This document shows positions 29,567-38,895 of a stretch of 64,000 nucleotides of DNA, one piece after another (the stretch's first letter is position 1; every line of letters begins with the position of its first letter). Made by a program: the position numbers and the translations under genes. Source of the stretch: Flavobacterium sp. (lineage in GTDB: Bacteria; Bacteroidota; Bacteroidia; Flavobacteriales; Flavobacteriaceae); assembly GCA_044347145.1 (NCBI GenBank), contig JBIIXU010000009.1, positions 3,331 to 67,330 on the forward strand, given 5' to 3'. Under the pieces are notes generated by a model, which was not told the DNA's origin, did no database searches, and saw only the letters and a program-made list of their open reading frames with translations.

Positions 29567-30133
29567 ATGTATCCGAAAGGACTCCTGAAAATAATTCTAT
29601 CAATCAATGTCACAGTTTTTACTGTGGCATTGTTTTTTGGGTGTCAATCAAATTTTAAAGATATTCAAAAAATAAATTTTACAGAGTTTATGCCTAGTGG
29701 CGAAGCTGATTCTATCAACCTCAAACATACCGATTCAGGAAAAATTAAAGCTATTCTTGTTAGTCCAAAGCTATTAGATTATGCGACCGTTGATTACCCG
29801 TTTTCTGAATTTCCAAAAGGTATTCAACTCACTTTGTTTGATGAAAATAATCAACGTAATTATATAGTTGCGGATTATGCCATTAATTATAAAAAAACTA
29901 ATATTATAGATTTAAGGGGGCGGGTCAAGTTAACATCCTATGACGGTAAATTTTTAGAAACGGATCAACTCTATTATGATCAAAATATTGAATGGTTTTA
30001 TACCGACAAACCCTTTAAATTTACCGCACCTAATGAGGGTGAAACCACAGGGATTGGCATAGATTTTAGCAAAGATTTTAAACGCGTTACGTTTAAACAA
30101 GTTAAAGCATTGATTGAAGAAATACCAGAATAG
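29567..30133 (+). CDS. lptC: LptC-like LPS export periplasmic protein
   Basis: 188-aa ORF with an N-terminal anchor. Its size and beta-jellyroll-like pattern fit flavobacterial LptC. Assignment is by eye only. Confidence 0.6.
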   Translation: MYPKGLLKIILSINVTVFTVALFFGCQSNFKDIQKINFTEFMPSGEADSINLKHTDSGKIKAILVSPKLLDYATVDYPFSEFPKGIQLTLFDENNQRNYIVADYAINYKKTNIIDLRGRVKLTSYDGKFLETDQLYYDQNIEWFYTDKPFKFTAPNEGETTGIGIDFSKDFKRVTFKQVKALIEEIPE

Positions 30134-30183
30134 TCTTTTTTTTTGTATTAATTGCCTTATATTTGCTCTTTAATTTAATATAA

Positions 30184-30375
30184 ATGAGTAATTTTTCAAT
30201 GTATAGTAAGTACATTCCATTTTTTTATCTTTTTGCTTGCATCCTGTTTTTAGCCAGGGTAATCTACGAAATTGTAAACGGTGGTGATTATGGCGTTTTC
30301 TTGATTTTAACCATTGCTGCTTTTGTGATGTTTTATATCAAAAGGCGCATGTATTTAAAGCACTATAAAAAGTGA
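30184..30375 (+). CDS. Small two-TM membrane protein
   Basis: 63-aa ORF with two hydrophobic segments. Its stop overlaps the start of the next gene. Confidence 0.4.
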   Translation: MSNFSMYSKYIPFFYLFACILFLARVIYEIVNGGDYGVFLILTIAAFVMFYIKRRMYLKHYKK

Positions 30376-31637
30376 TTACATTTTCAATTATCTTTTTGAC
30401 GCTACTGTTTTCAGCTTTTTTCTCTGGGGTCGAAATTGCTTTTATAAGTGCCAATAAAGTCTTTTTAGAAATAGAGAAAAGTCAAGATACTTTATATGCT
30501 AGGTGCTTGCGCTATTTGAGCAATCACTCGTCACAATTTATTGCTGGACTATTGTTGGGTAACAACATTGCTTTAGTTATTTATGGTATTTATTCTGGCC
30601 AATTGATTGTGGAATGGTTACAGAGTTTTGGTTACCATTTTTCTGAATTTGGATTGATGATTTTACAAACCTTGATTTCTACTGCAATCATCATCATGAC
30701 TTCAGAGTTTTTACCAAAGGTATTTTTTCAAATTTATGCAGAGTCTTTAATAAAATTTTTGAGTCCAATTGCGCTCCTCATCTATTTCATTTTATATATT
30801 CCAACCCAATTAATCGTTTTTTTAACCAATGGCATAATCTGGATTTTTAATAGAAATGGAGTTAACCATGAAGAAGTTACTTTTGGAAAACTAGAATTGG
30901 GTGAGTTTATTTCACAACAAGTTGATTTAGCAGCTGATAAAAACAATTTAGATACAGAAATTGAGATCTTTCAAAATGCCTTAGAATTTTCTTCAACTAA
31001 GGCCAGGGACATCATGACGCCTCGCACAGAACTATGCGCGGTTGAAATTCATGATTCCATTGCTGATTTAGCTGACAACTTTATTTCTTCTGATTATTCT
31101 AAAGTTTTAGTTTACAACCAATCTTTAGATGATATTATTGGATATGCACATCATTTGGATCTTTTTGCAAAAAAAAGAACCATTAAATCTGTTTTGAAGA
31201 AAGTTGAATATGTGCCTGAATCTATGTTAATCAATGACATTTTAAATATTTTGACAAAAAAACATTTAAGTGTAGCAGTTGTAATCGATGAATATGGCGG
31301 CACTTCAGGTATCATTACGGTTGAAGACATTATTGAAGAACTTTTTGGTGAAATTCAAGATGAGCACGATGACAATGAAATCGCATTGGTAGCCGATAAA
31401 CTTGATGAAAATAGATTTATATTCTCCGCTAGACAAGAAGTTAGTTTTTTAAACAACGCTTTTGATTTAGAAATAGAGGAAAGTGATTCCTATTCTACCT
31501 TAGGTGGCTTTATTGTGCATCACCATAATAATATTCCAGATGTTGATGAGGTAATCATCATTAACCAATTTCATTTTACTATCAAAGAAGCTTCTAACAA
31601 TAAAATTGATTTGGTTGAGCTGATTGTTAATGTGTAA
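30372..31637 (+). CDS. CNNM/hemolysin-family protein (DUF21 + CBS pair + CorC_HlyC; GldE-like)
   Basis: 421-aa ORF with an N-terminal 4-TM DUF21-like region, a CBS-pair region (ARDIMTPR...) and a C-terminal CorC-like domain. Confidence 0.82.
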   Translation: MITFSIIFLTLLFSAFFSGVEIAFISANKVFLEIEKSQDTLYARCLRYLSNHSSQFIAGLLLGNNIALVIYGIYSGQLIVEWLQSFGYHFSEFGLMILQTLISTAIIIMTSEFLPKVFFQIYAESLIKFLSPIALLIYFILYIPTQLIVFLTNGIIWIFNRNGVNHEEVTFGKLELGEFISQQVDLAADKNNLDTEIEIFQNALEFSSTKARDIMTPRTELCAVEIHDSIADLADNFISSDYSKVLVYNQSLDDIIGYAHHLDLFAKKRTIKSVLKKVEYVPESMLINDILNILTKKHLSVAVVIDEYGGTSGIITVEDIIEELFGEIQDEHDDNEIALVADKLDENRFIFSARQEVSFLNNAFDLEIEESDSYSTLGGFIVHHHNNIPDVDEVIIINQFHFTIKEASNNKIDLVELIVNV

Positions 31638-31699
31638 TTTATTTTATCGCAGAAGAACCCCAAAAGGTTTTTAAACCTGTCAGGGTCGGTACTTTCCAA

Positions 31700-33892
31700 T
31701 TATTTATTCTTTAACTTATTGTTTTCTAAGTTAATTTTTGAAGATTGGCTACTGGCTAAACTTGGATATTTTAAGTCTTGTAAAACATTAATGGACTCAT
31801 CTATGTAGGCATCTTTTGCTATACTTTCAAACCAAGCATCTCTTTTAATTTTTAGCGCTTCATCTTTATCAATTTTTGCTTGATCTTCGGTTAAATTATA
31901 AATCGTTAAGTTATTCTTGTAGTCTTTTAGCAAATCAAAAGCTTTAGATTTGTCTAGCATAGCTTTGTTGTACTCTCTATATTTATTGTAATTTAAAGAA
32001 ATAATCGTTTCATCTCTTCTGGCTTTAGTCCATTTGGCACTTTCATCAGTCATTTTAAAGAAGTCATTCTTTTCAATGCGACTTCTGCTGTTTTCTACGA
32101 TGGTTTTTCTATCAAATAAATTATTCAATGGTTTGTAATTTGCAGGTGAAATTTCAGACCATTCCATGGCATTGTCCATGTCTCTTTCTCCTATATCAAT
32201 ATAGCTCAAGCGATTCGGCAAAACCACATCGCTAAAAACACCATTCAATTGCGTTGAACGGCCATCAATTCTAAAAAACTTTTGCCCAGTCAATTTAAGT
32301 GCGCCTAAATCCCCCAAAGTACTACTTCTTACAAATTGATTGAGATCTATAACGCTTTGAACCGTACCTTTTCCAAAAGTGCTTTTACTGCCAACTACCA
32401 CGCCTCTATTATAATCTTGCACAGCAGCGGCTAAAATTTCTGATGCAGATGCTGAAAATTGATTAACCAAAACCACTAATGGACCATTCCATTTTACTGT
32501 GCCTGTTTTATCTTCTAGAACTTCTTTTCTAGCACCAGCTGGTTTAACTTGAACAACAGGGCCTTTGTCTATAAATAAACCCATAATTTCTACCACTGTT
32601 TTCAATGAGCCTCCCCCATTATCCCTAACATCAAAAACAATACCTTCAACGCCATTATTTTTAAGTTTTTCAATTTCAATCTCAACATCTTTCGCAGCAT
32701 CACGCTCGTTAAAATCCACAAAATCTATATAGAATTTAGGCAAATATAATAAGCCATATTTTTTGCCATTTTTTTCAATGATAGTAGATCTAGCAAATGT
32801 TTCTTCTGTTTCAATGGTGTCTCTTATAAGGGAAACCACTTTAATGGTGCCATCAACTTTTTTGATGGTCAAACGCACTTCAGTTCCTTTTTTTCCTTTT
32901 ATTTTTTTAACCGCTTTATCAATGCGCATACCAACAATATCCTCTGGTTCTTTATCACCTTGAGCGACTTTCAAAATGATATCTCCTGGTTCTAATTCTT
33001 TACTTTTCCATGCAGGTCCACCAGTAATCAATTCAGTAATTTCTGTGTACTCCATTTTCTTCAGTAACCGTGCACCAATTCCTTCAAATTTACCACTTAT
33101 GCTTTCATCAAATTTCTCTTTATCGTTAGGCGCCATATAATTGGTATGTGGATCAAATTGTGAGGTTAATTCATTTACATAAATACCAAAATAATCCACT
33201 TTATCTATTTCATTTTTATAAAAAGATAGATTTTCATTAAAATTTTTGATGACACTTTCTCTTGCTTCTTTTTCAAGCACTGCAAAGGATTTTATAACAT
33301 ATGATGCGTCTTTTTCCTTTTTAGCTTCTTCTTCATCCATTTTAATGCTTAAATTATTCAGTACTGAGTACTTAATTATTTTGCGCCAAACCTCTTGCAT
33401 TTCTCTATTTGATGAAGCAAATTTAACTTTTTCAAAATCAGATTCAATGGATTCGTCTTCTTTGAAAGAAAATGCTTTATTTTCAAAAACCTTCATAAAT
33501 GACTCTGACTCTACTAATCTTTTCGTAAAAACATCGTAAACCAAATTGAAAAAGGTTAAATCTCTATTTTTAAACTGATCATCTATTTCCAATTCATAAC
33601 GTTTAAATTTTTCTATATCTGATTGCAAAAAATACCGCTTGGTTGGATCTAGGCTTTCGATAAAAGACTTGTAAACATTTTTAGAAAAATTATCATCAAT
33701 AGCTTTTGGGTCATAATGACCTCTTTCAACAATATGCTGTAAAATCTCTAAAATAACTTTTTCTTTATCGGAAGTATTTTGAGTAATTTCATTAGAATTA
33801 AAAGACTTAAAGGCAAATAATGAAACAGATATTATTAATAAGATGGCTATTACTTTGAAATGATTTTTCATAAATCTATAAATGGTTTTCAT
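31700..33892 (-). CDS. Carboxy-terminal processing (tail-specific, S41) protease
   Basis: 730-aa ORF with a PDZ region (GPAWKSKELEPGDIILKV) and the S41 catalytic region (VLVNQFSASASEILAAA). Confidence 0.9.
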   Translation of the reverse strand: MKTIYRFMKNHFKVIAILLIISVSLFAFKSFNSNEITQNTSDKEKVILEILQHIVERGHYDPKAIDDNFSKNVYKSFIESLDPTKRYFLQSDIEKFKRYELEIDDQFKNRDLTFFNLVYDVFTKRLVESESFMKVFENKAFSFKEDESIESDFEKVKFASSNREMQEVWRKIIKYSVLNNLSIKMDEEEAKKEKDASYVIKSFAVLEKEARESVIKNFNENLSFYKNEIDKVDYFGIYVNELTSQFDPHTNYMAPNDKEKFDESISGKFEGIGARLLKKMEYTEITELITGGPAWKSKELEPGDIILKVAQGDKEPEDIVGMRIDKAVKKIKGKKGTEVRLTIKKVDGTIKVVSLIRDTIETEETFARSTIIEKNGKKYGLLYLPKFYIDFVDFNERDAAKDVEIEIEKLKNNGVEGIVFDVRDNGGGSLKTVVEIMGLFIDKGPVVQVKPAGARKEVLEDKTGTVKWNGPLVVLVNQFSASASEILAAAVQDYNRGVVVGSKSTFGKGTVQSVIDLNQFVRSSTLGDLGALKLTGQKFFRIDGRSTQLNGVFSDVVLPNRLSYIDIGERDMDNAMEWSEISPANYKPLNNLFDRKTIVENSRSRIEKNDFFKMTDESAKWTKARRDETIISLNYNKYREYNKAMLDKSKAFDLLKDYKNNLTIYNLTEDQAKIDKDEALKIKRDAWFESIAKDAYIDESINVLQDLKYPSLASSQSSKINLENNKLKNK

Positions 33893-34002
33893 GTAAATAC
33901 TATAAAAATTGTGCCAATTTTACTTAACGAAACAAAAGTATGTAATTAGTTTCAAAACAAATCGAAAAAATTAGTTAATTTTAACCGCTCTAATTTAAGC
34001 CT

Positions 34003-34782
34003 ATGCAAACTAAAAAGCCATTGATATTAGTAACCAATGATGATGGGGTTTCTGCTCCAGGGATTAGGGCCTTGATTGATGTGATGAAAACGCTTGGTGA
34101 CGTGGTCGTGGTTGCGCCAGATAGTCCACAAAGCGCTATGGGTCATGCTATTACGATTCACAATGCCATTTTTGTCAATCGTGTTCATTTTGATAAAGAT
34201 TTAGTTGATGAATACAGCTGCTCTGGCACGCCTGTGGATTGCGTGAAGCTTGCCACACGGGAAATCATGAGCAGGAAGCCCGATTTGTGCGTTTCTGGTA
34301 TCAATCATGGATCAAATTCATCTATCAATGTGATTTATTCTGGTACCTTGAGCGCCGCAGTTGAAGCTGGCATTGAAGGCATCCCTGCAATAGGGTTTTC
34401 TCTACTTGATTATGACTGGAACGCCAATTTTGAAGTTTTAAAACCTTTTGTAAAAACCATTGCGACGGAGGTTTTAAAAAATGGATTACCTGAAGGCGTT
34501 GTGCTCAATGTTAATTTTCCCAAACTTGATGAAGGTGAAATTAAAGGCACTAAAATATGCCGTCAGGCAAAAGCCAAATGGGTTGAAAACTTTGACAAAA
34601 GACATACCCCTCAAGGAAAAGATTATTATTGGCTGACGGGTGAATTTGTAAACGAAGACTTAGGAGAAGACACTGATGAATGGGCTTTAGCGCATGGTTT
34701 CGTTTCTATCGTCCCTGTTCAATTTGACCTAACGGCTCATCATGCGATTATGAAACTAAACACTTATCAATTTAATGACTAA
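34003..34782 (+). CDS. surE: 5'/3'-nucleotidase SurE
   Basis: 259-aa ORF with ILVTNDDGVSAPGIRAL and GINHGSN motifs. Confidence 0.95.
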   Translation: MQTKKPLILVTNDDGVSAPGIRALIDVMKTLGDVVVVAPDSPQSAMGHAITIHNAIFVNRVHFDKDLVDEYSCSGTPVDCVKLATREIMSRKPDLCVSGINHGSNSSINVIYSGTLSAAVEAGIEGIPAIGFSLLDYDWNANFEVLKPFVKTIATEVLKNGLPEGVVLNVNFPKLDEGEIKGTKICRQAKAKWVENFDKRHTPQGKDYYWLTGEFVNEDLGEDTDEWALAHGFVSIVPVQFDLTAHHAIMKLNTYQFND

Positions 34783-34784
34783 AG

Positions 34785-35063
34785 ATGCATAACGATAAAA
34801 TTCAATTTTTTTTAGGATTTATTTTAGGTTTAATTGCTTGTAGCCTTGGCGTGATGGCGTTTTTACATTTTATTGCGGAAGTAGAAATCACTGAATCTAT
34901 TGTTTTTTTGAAGACACAAAATTCTTTCGGAAAAGTAATTTCCATTGGCTGTGTATTAAATTTAGCTTTGTTTTTTGCACTTTTGAAGCTTAAAAAAGAA
35001 TTTATGGCAAGAGGTGTTATCATGTCAGTTATTGCGCTGGCTATTATGAGTTTATTTTTATAA
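34785..35063 (+). CDS. Small three-TM membrane protein
   Basis: 92-aa hydrophobic ORF packed between surE and lpxB. Confidence 0.5.
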   Translation: MHNDKIQFFLGFILGLIACSLGVMAFLHFIAEVEITESIVFLKTQNSFGKVISIGCVLNLALFFALLKLKKEFMARGVIMSVIALAIMSLFL

Positions 35064-35065
35064 AA

Positions 35066-36172
35066 ATGAAATACTATATCATTGCAGGAGAGGCATCAGG
35101 CGATTTACATGGGTCAAACCTCATGAAAGAACTCTATAAAATTGACCCGCAAGCAGAAATTCGTTTTTGGGGCGGCGATTTAATGTCTGAAGTTGGTGGC
35201 ACATGCATTAAACATTATAAAGATTTAGCATTCATGGGTTTTGCAGAGGTTTTGTTAAACATCAGAACCATTTTAAACAATATTAGTTTTTGTAAAGCCG
35301 ATATTTTAAGCTTTAATCCAGATAAAATTATTTATATCGATTATCCGGGATTTAATTTAAGGATAGCCAAATGGGCAAAAAAACAGCATTTTCAAAACCA
35401 TTTTTACATTGCGCCACAAATATGGGCTTGGAAAGAAAATCGCATCAAGCAAATTAAAAAAAGTATCGATAAATTATATGTGATTTTACCATTTGAAAAA
35501 CCATATTTTGAAAATAAGCATCATTTTAGAGTAAGTTACGTTGGTCATCCTTTGTTGGATGCCATCAATAGGCGACCTAAAAAAAACAAAGCTGATTTTT
35601 TAGCTGAGCACCAATTGGCAGACAAGCCCATTATTGCTTTGCTGCCAGGTAGCAGAAAGCAAGAGGTGAATAAAATGCTAAATATTATGCTTAGTGTTTT
35701 AAATGATTTTCCTGATTATCAATTTATTATTGCAGGTGCGCCAGGTTTACCACAAACGTTTTATCAACCATTTCTAAAAGATAAACAAATCTGTTTGGTG
35801 CAAAATAAAACTTATGATTTATTAGACAATAGCCATGCCGCTTTAGTAACATCAGGGACAGCCACACTTGAAACAGCACTTTTTAAAGTACCTGAAATAG
35901 TTTGCTATAAAGGTAGCAATATCTCTTATGAGATAGCTAAAAGAGTTATTAAATTGAAATTTATCTCGTTGGTCAATTTAATCATGGATGAAGAGGTGGT
36001 AAAAGAACTTATTCAACATGAATTAAATCATAAAAATTTAAAAAAAGAATTACAAAAAATTCTTAAAAATGAAAACAGAGAAAAACTTTTATTCAAATAT
36101 AATCAGCTAATTAGCTTACTTGGTCAGGATGGTGCAAGTCAAAAAGTTGCTAATGAAATATTTGCGTATTAA
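35066..36172 (+). CDS. lpxB: Lipid-A-disaccharide synthase
   Basis: 368-aa ORF with the IIAGEASGDLHGSNL N-terminal motif and TSGTATLE. Confidence 0.93.
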   Translation: MKYYIIAGEASGDLHGSNLMKELYKIDPQAEIRFWGGDLMSEVGGTCIKHYKDLAFMGFAEVLLNIRTILNNISFCKADILSFNPDKIIYIDYPGFNLRIAKWAKKQHFQNHFYIAPQIWAWKENRIKQIKKSIDKLYVILPFEKPYFENKHHFRVSYVGHPLLDAINRRPKKNKADFLAEHQLADKPIIALLPGSRKQEVNKMLNIMLSVLNDFPDYQFIIAGAPGLPQTFYQPFLKDKQICLVQNKTYDLLDNSHAALVTSGTATLETALFKVPEIVCYKGSNISYEIAKRVIKLKFISLVNLIMDEEVVKELIQHELNHKNLKKELQKILKNENREKLLFKYNQLISLLGQDGASQKVANEIFAY

Positions 36173-36229
36173 AAAAATTGCTTGTATATTTGCAAAATCC
36201 GAATTTACTACCAGTAAATATTTTACACC

Positions 36230-36859
36230 ATGATAAGAATTGTTCTTTCATATGTCTTACTTTCTTTGCTATTTGTTTCCTGTGGTTCCACACATCAACC
36301 ATCTGGCATCATTAAAGTAGTTAAAGATGAAAAAACTGTTCTAAGTTCAAAAAAACCAAGCGAATTTACTCAAGCCATCGTAAAAAATTCACGTGACAAC
36401 TCCCCTTCAGTTAGTGAATTTGAAATTGAGAAAAAAGTTAATCAATACCAATTAGATTATACCTTTAATGAAGAAACCACGGATGCTATTAGCAATTTAT
36501 TACGTGTTGCCCATCGCTATAAAGGCACAAGATACCGTGTTGGAGGCATGTCTACCTCGGGCATAGATTGTTCTGGTTTGATAGTTTGCACTTTCAGAGA
36601 ACTTGATATTTCTTTACCTCGCACATCATCTGAGCAAGCGAGAGTGGGAAGAAGGCTCTCAAAAGGCGAAATTAATAAAGGTGATTTGGTGTTTTTTGTT
36701 ACGCGAGGCCGATCAATAAGTCACGTTGGTTTAGTAACCGAAGTGTCAAATGGCGACGTTAAATTTATTCACTCATCAACTTCTCAAGGAGTTATTGTTT
36801 CTTCACTTTCCGAAGATTATTGGGCAAAAAGATTCACTCACGCTTCTCGCGTTTTGTAA
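36230..36859 (+). CDS. NlpC/P60 (C40) peptidoglycan hydrolase lipoprotein
   Basis: 209-aa ORF with a lipobox (LFVSCGS), the catalytic-Cys motif GIDCSGL and a HVGLV His region. Confidence 0.85.
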   Translation: MIRIVLSYVLLSLLFVSCGSTHQPSGIIKVVKDEKTVLSSKKPSEFTQAIVKNSRDNSPSVSEFEIEKKVNQYQLDYTFNEETTDAISNLLRVAHRYKGTRYRVGGMSTSGIDCSGLIVCTFRELDISLPRTSSEQARVGRRLSKGEINKGDLVFFVTRGRSISHVGLVTEVSNGDVKFIHSSTSQGVIVSSLSEDYWAKRFTHASRVL

Positions 36860-36862
36860 AAC

Positions 36863-38821
36863 ATGCTCAAAAGGTTTGACATACCACCAACTTTGTCATT
36901 AACCTTTTTTTTATCATTAGGCATTACATTTGGCTTTTACTTTGAAAATAAGTTTGCGTTATATTTTATTTTACCGCTGATTATTGGGCAACTAGCCGTT
37001 TTTTATTTTAGAAAAAAAATAAAATATTTTAACTTCCTTTTTTTTGTTGTTTCATGCCTTGTTTTTGCAAATTTAGGTTTATTGCGTATACAAAATTATC
37101 ATGTAGAATTACCTAAAAAATTTTTAGATAAGCAAACTTTTATAGAAGCAAAAGTCATGCAAGTCCTGAAGCCAAATGCCTACCAAAATCGTTATGAGAT
37201 TAAAACAAAAACCATTAATAATCAAACCTTTGAATATCGTTTCATACTCAAAATTGATAAAAAAAAGTTTCAAAAGTTAGACAAATACGACGCCTTTACG
37301 TGTATTGGTCAAATTAGTAGCCTACCAAATAACCATTCTTTCGGAGGATTTGACTACGGCCTTTATCTCAATAAAAAAGGTATTAAATATCAATTATTCA
37401 TTAATCAAATGATATTTGCAAATCAGGGTAAAACGGATTTGCAAAAGTTTTTGAGCGTGAGAAATGGCTTAGCAGAATTTATTGACAAATCCACCTTAAG
37501 TATTGAAAGTAAAGATATTGTTAAAGCACTTACGCTTGGTGAAAAACTTGAATTGAACGAGACCATTTCTCAAAGCTTTTCAAACACAGGTATCATTCAC
37601 ATTTTAGCTATTTCAGGCCTTCATATCGGTATGATTTCTGCGATGTTATTATGGTTACTTAAACCTTTAAAGCGCGTTAAAAAATTTAAATATTTTCCCT
37701 ACTTATTAGCTATATTAGCCTTATGGGTTTATGCCTTTGCAGTTGGCTTTACGCCGTCGGTGGTTAGGGCTGTAACCATGTTTAGCTTTATAAATATTGG
37801 TTTAATGATGTCTAGAAAAAGTGCCATTATTAATACCATTGCGGCCTCCATGCTACTTCTATTATTATTCAATCCCTACTATCTTTTTGATGTTGGATTT
37901 CAACTGAGTTATGCAGCAGTGATTGCCATCGTTCTTTTTTATCCTATTTTAAAAAAATGGTATTATCCTCAATCAAAAATATTTAGCTACTTTTACGACA
38001 TATTACTTGTTTCATTTACCGCGCAATTAGGTGTTTTACCCATTAGTTTATATTACTTTCATCAACTCCCTGGATTGTTTTTAATTGCTAATTTATTAGC
38101 CATCCCCATGCTTTCATTGCTTTTAGTCTTTGGTTTTGCTTTTTTGTTTTTTGCCTTTTTTAAAATTGAAATCTCGTGGCTGTCAGATTTCCTTAACTTC
38201 ATCATCAAATATTTTATTAAAATTATTAATTATTTGTCAGGTTTTGACCAATTTATTCTTAAAGATATTTATTTATCAACCTTCAACCTATTCATATCAA
38301 TACTTCTATTACTAGTTTTTTATAGCTATTTATATAGTAAAAAAATTAAATTTCTCTCTCTGTCATTACTTTTAATATTAATCATGCAGGTTTCCCATTT
38401 AACAAATAAATATCTTCTAAATAACAAACCCCAATTTATACTGATCCAAAAGAAGGATGACTTAGCGGTTTTCCAAAATAACAACCGAGATTGGTTTTTC
38501 TATTCAACTAATCATCAAGCTTTTGACAAAGAAAAAAACCTCATCTTTAGCTATTATTACGCGACTAAAATAAAAGAAAAGCCTTTTAGAAATTTTTATG
38601 TTCATCGAGAGAACAAAGTATTTCTAGTTAATCAGTCAAATTTAAATTTAAACCTTTTTCCCTCCGATATTTTGATCTTCCCTCAAGGTGTTTACTATAA
38701 CAAAGATAGATTTTCAAAAGAAAGAAAACAGCATTTTTATTTTTACAAATACAAATCTCTCGCAAACCAGGATTTGAAAAGAAATGTGAGCCTTTTTGAA
38801 AAAACATTACTAATTGACTAA
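36863..38821 (+). CDS. comEC: ComEC/Rec2-family DNA internalisation channel protein
   Basis: 652-aa polytopic ORF with the GIIHILAISGLHIG competence-domain motif. Confidence 0.85.
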   Translation: MLKRFDIPPTLSLTFFLSLGITFGFYFENKFALYFILPLIIGQLAVFYFRKKIKYFNFLFFVVSCLVFANLGLLRIQNYHVELPKKFLDKQTFIEAKVMQVLKPNAYQNRYEIKTKTINNQTFEYRFILKIDKKKFQKLDKYDAFTCIGQISSLPNNHSFGGFDYGLYLNKKGIKYQLFINQMIFANQGKTDLQKFLSVRNGLAEFIDKSTLSIESKDIVKALTLGEKLELNETISQSFSNTGIIHILAISGLHIGMISAMLLWLLKPLKRVKKFKYFPYLLAILALWVYAFAVGFTPSVVRAVTMFSFINIGLMMSRKSAIINTIAASMLLLLLFNPYYLFDVGFQLSYAAVIAIVLFYPILKKWYYPQSKIFSYFYDILLVSFTAQLGVLPISLYYFHQLPGLFLIANLLAIPMLSLLLVFGFAFLFFAFFKIEISWLSDFLNFIIKYFIKIINYLSGFDQFILKDIYLSTFNLFISILLLLVFYSYLYSKKIKFLSLSLLLILIMQVSHLTNKYLLNNKPQFILIQKKDDLAVFQNNNRDWFFYSTNHQAFDKEKNLIFSYYYATKIKEKPFRNFYVHRENKVFLVNQSNLNLNLFPSDILIFPQGVYYNKDRFSKERKQHFYFYKYKSLANQDLKRNVSLFEKTLLID

Positions 38822-38895
38822 AACAAGTGTTAAAAAACTAAAAATTGTGGGTTTATTAAGTATTTTTTATACTTTTGTTTATCCAAATCTTAAAA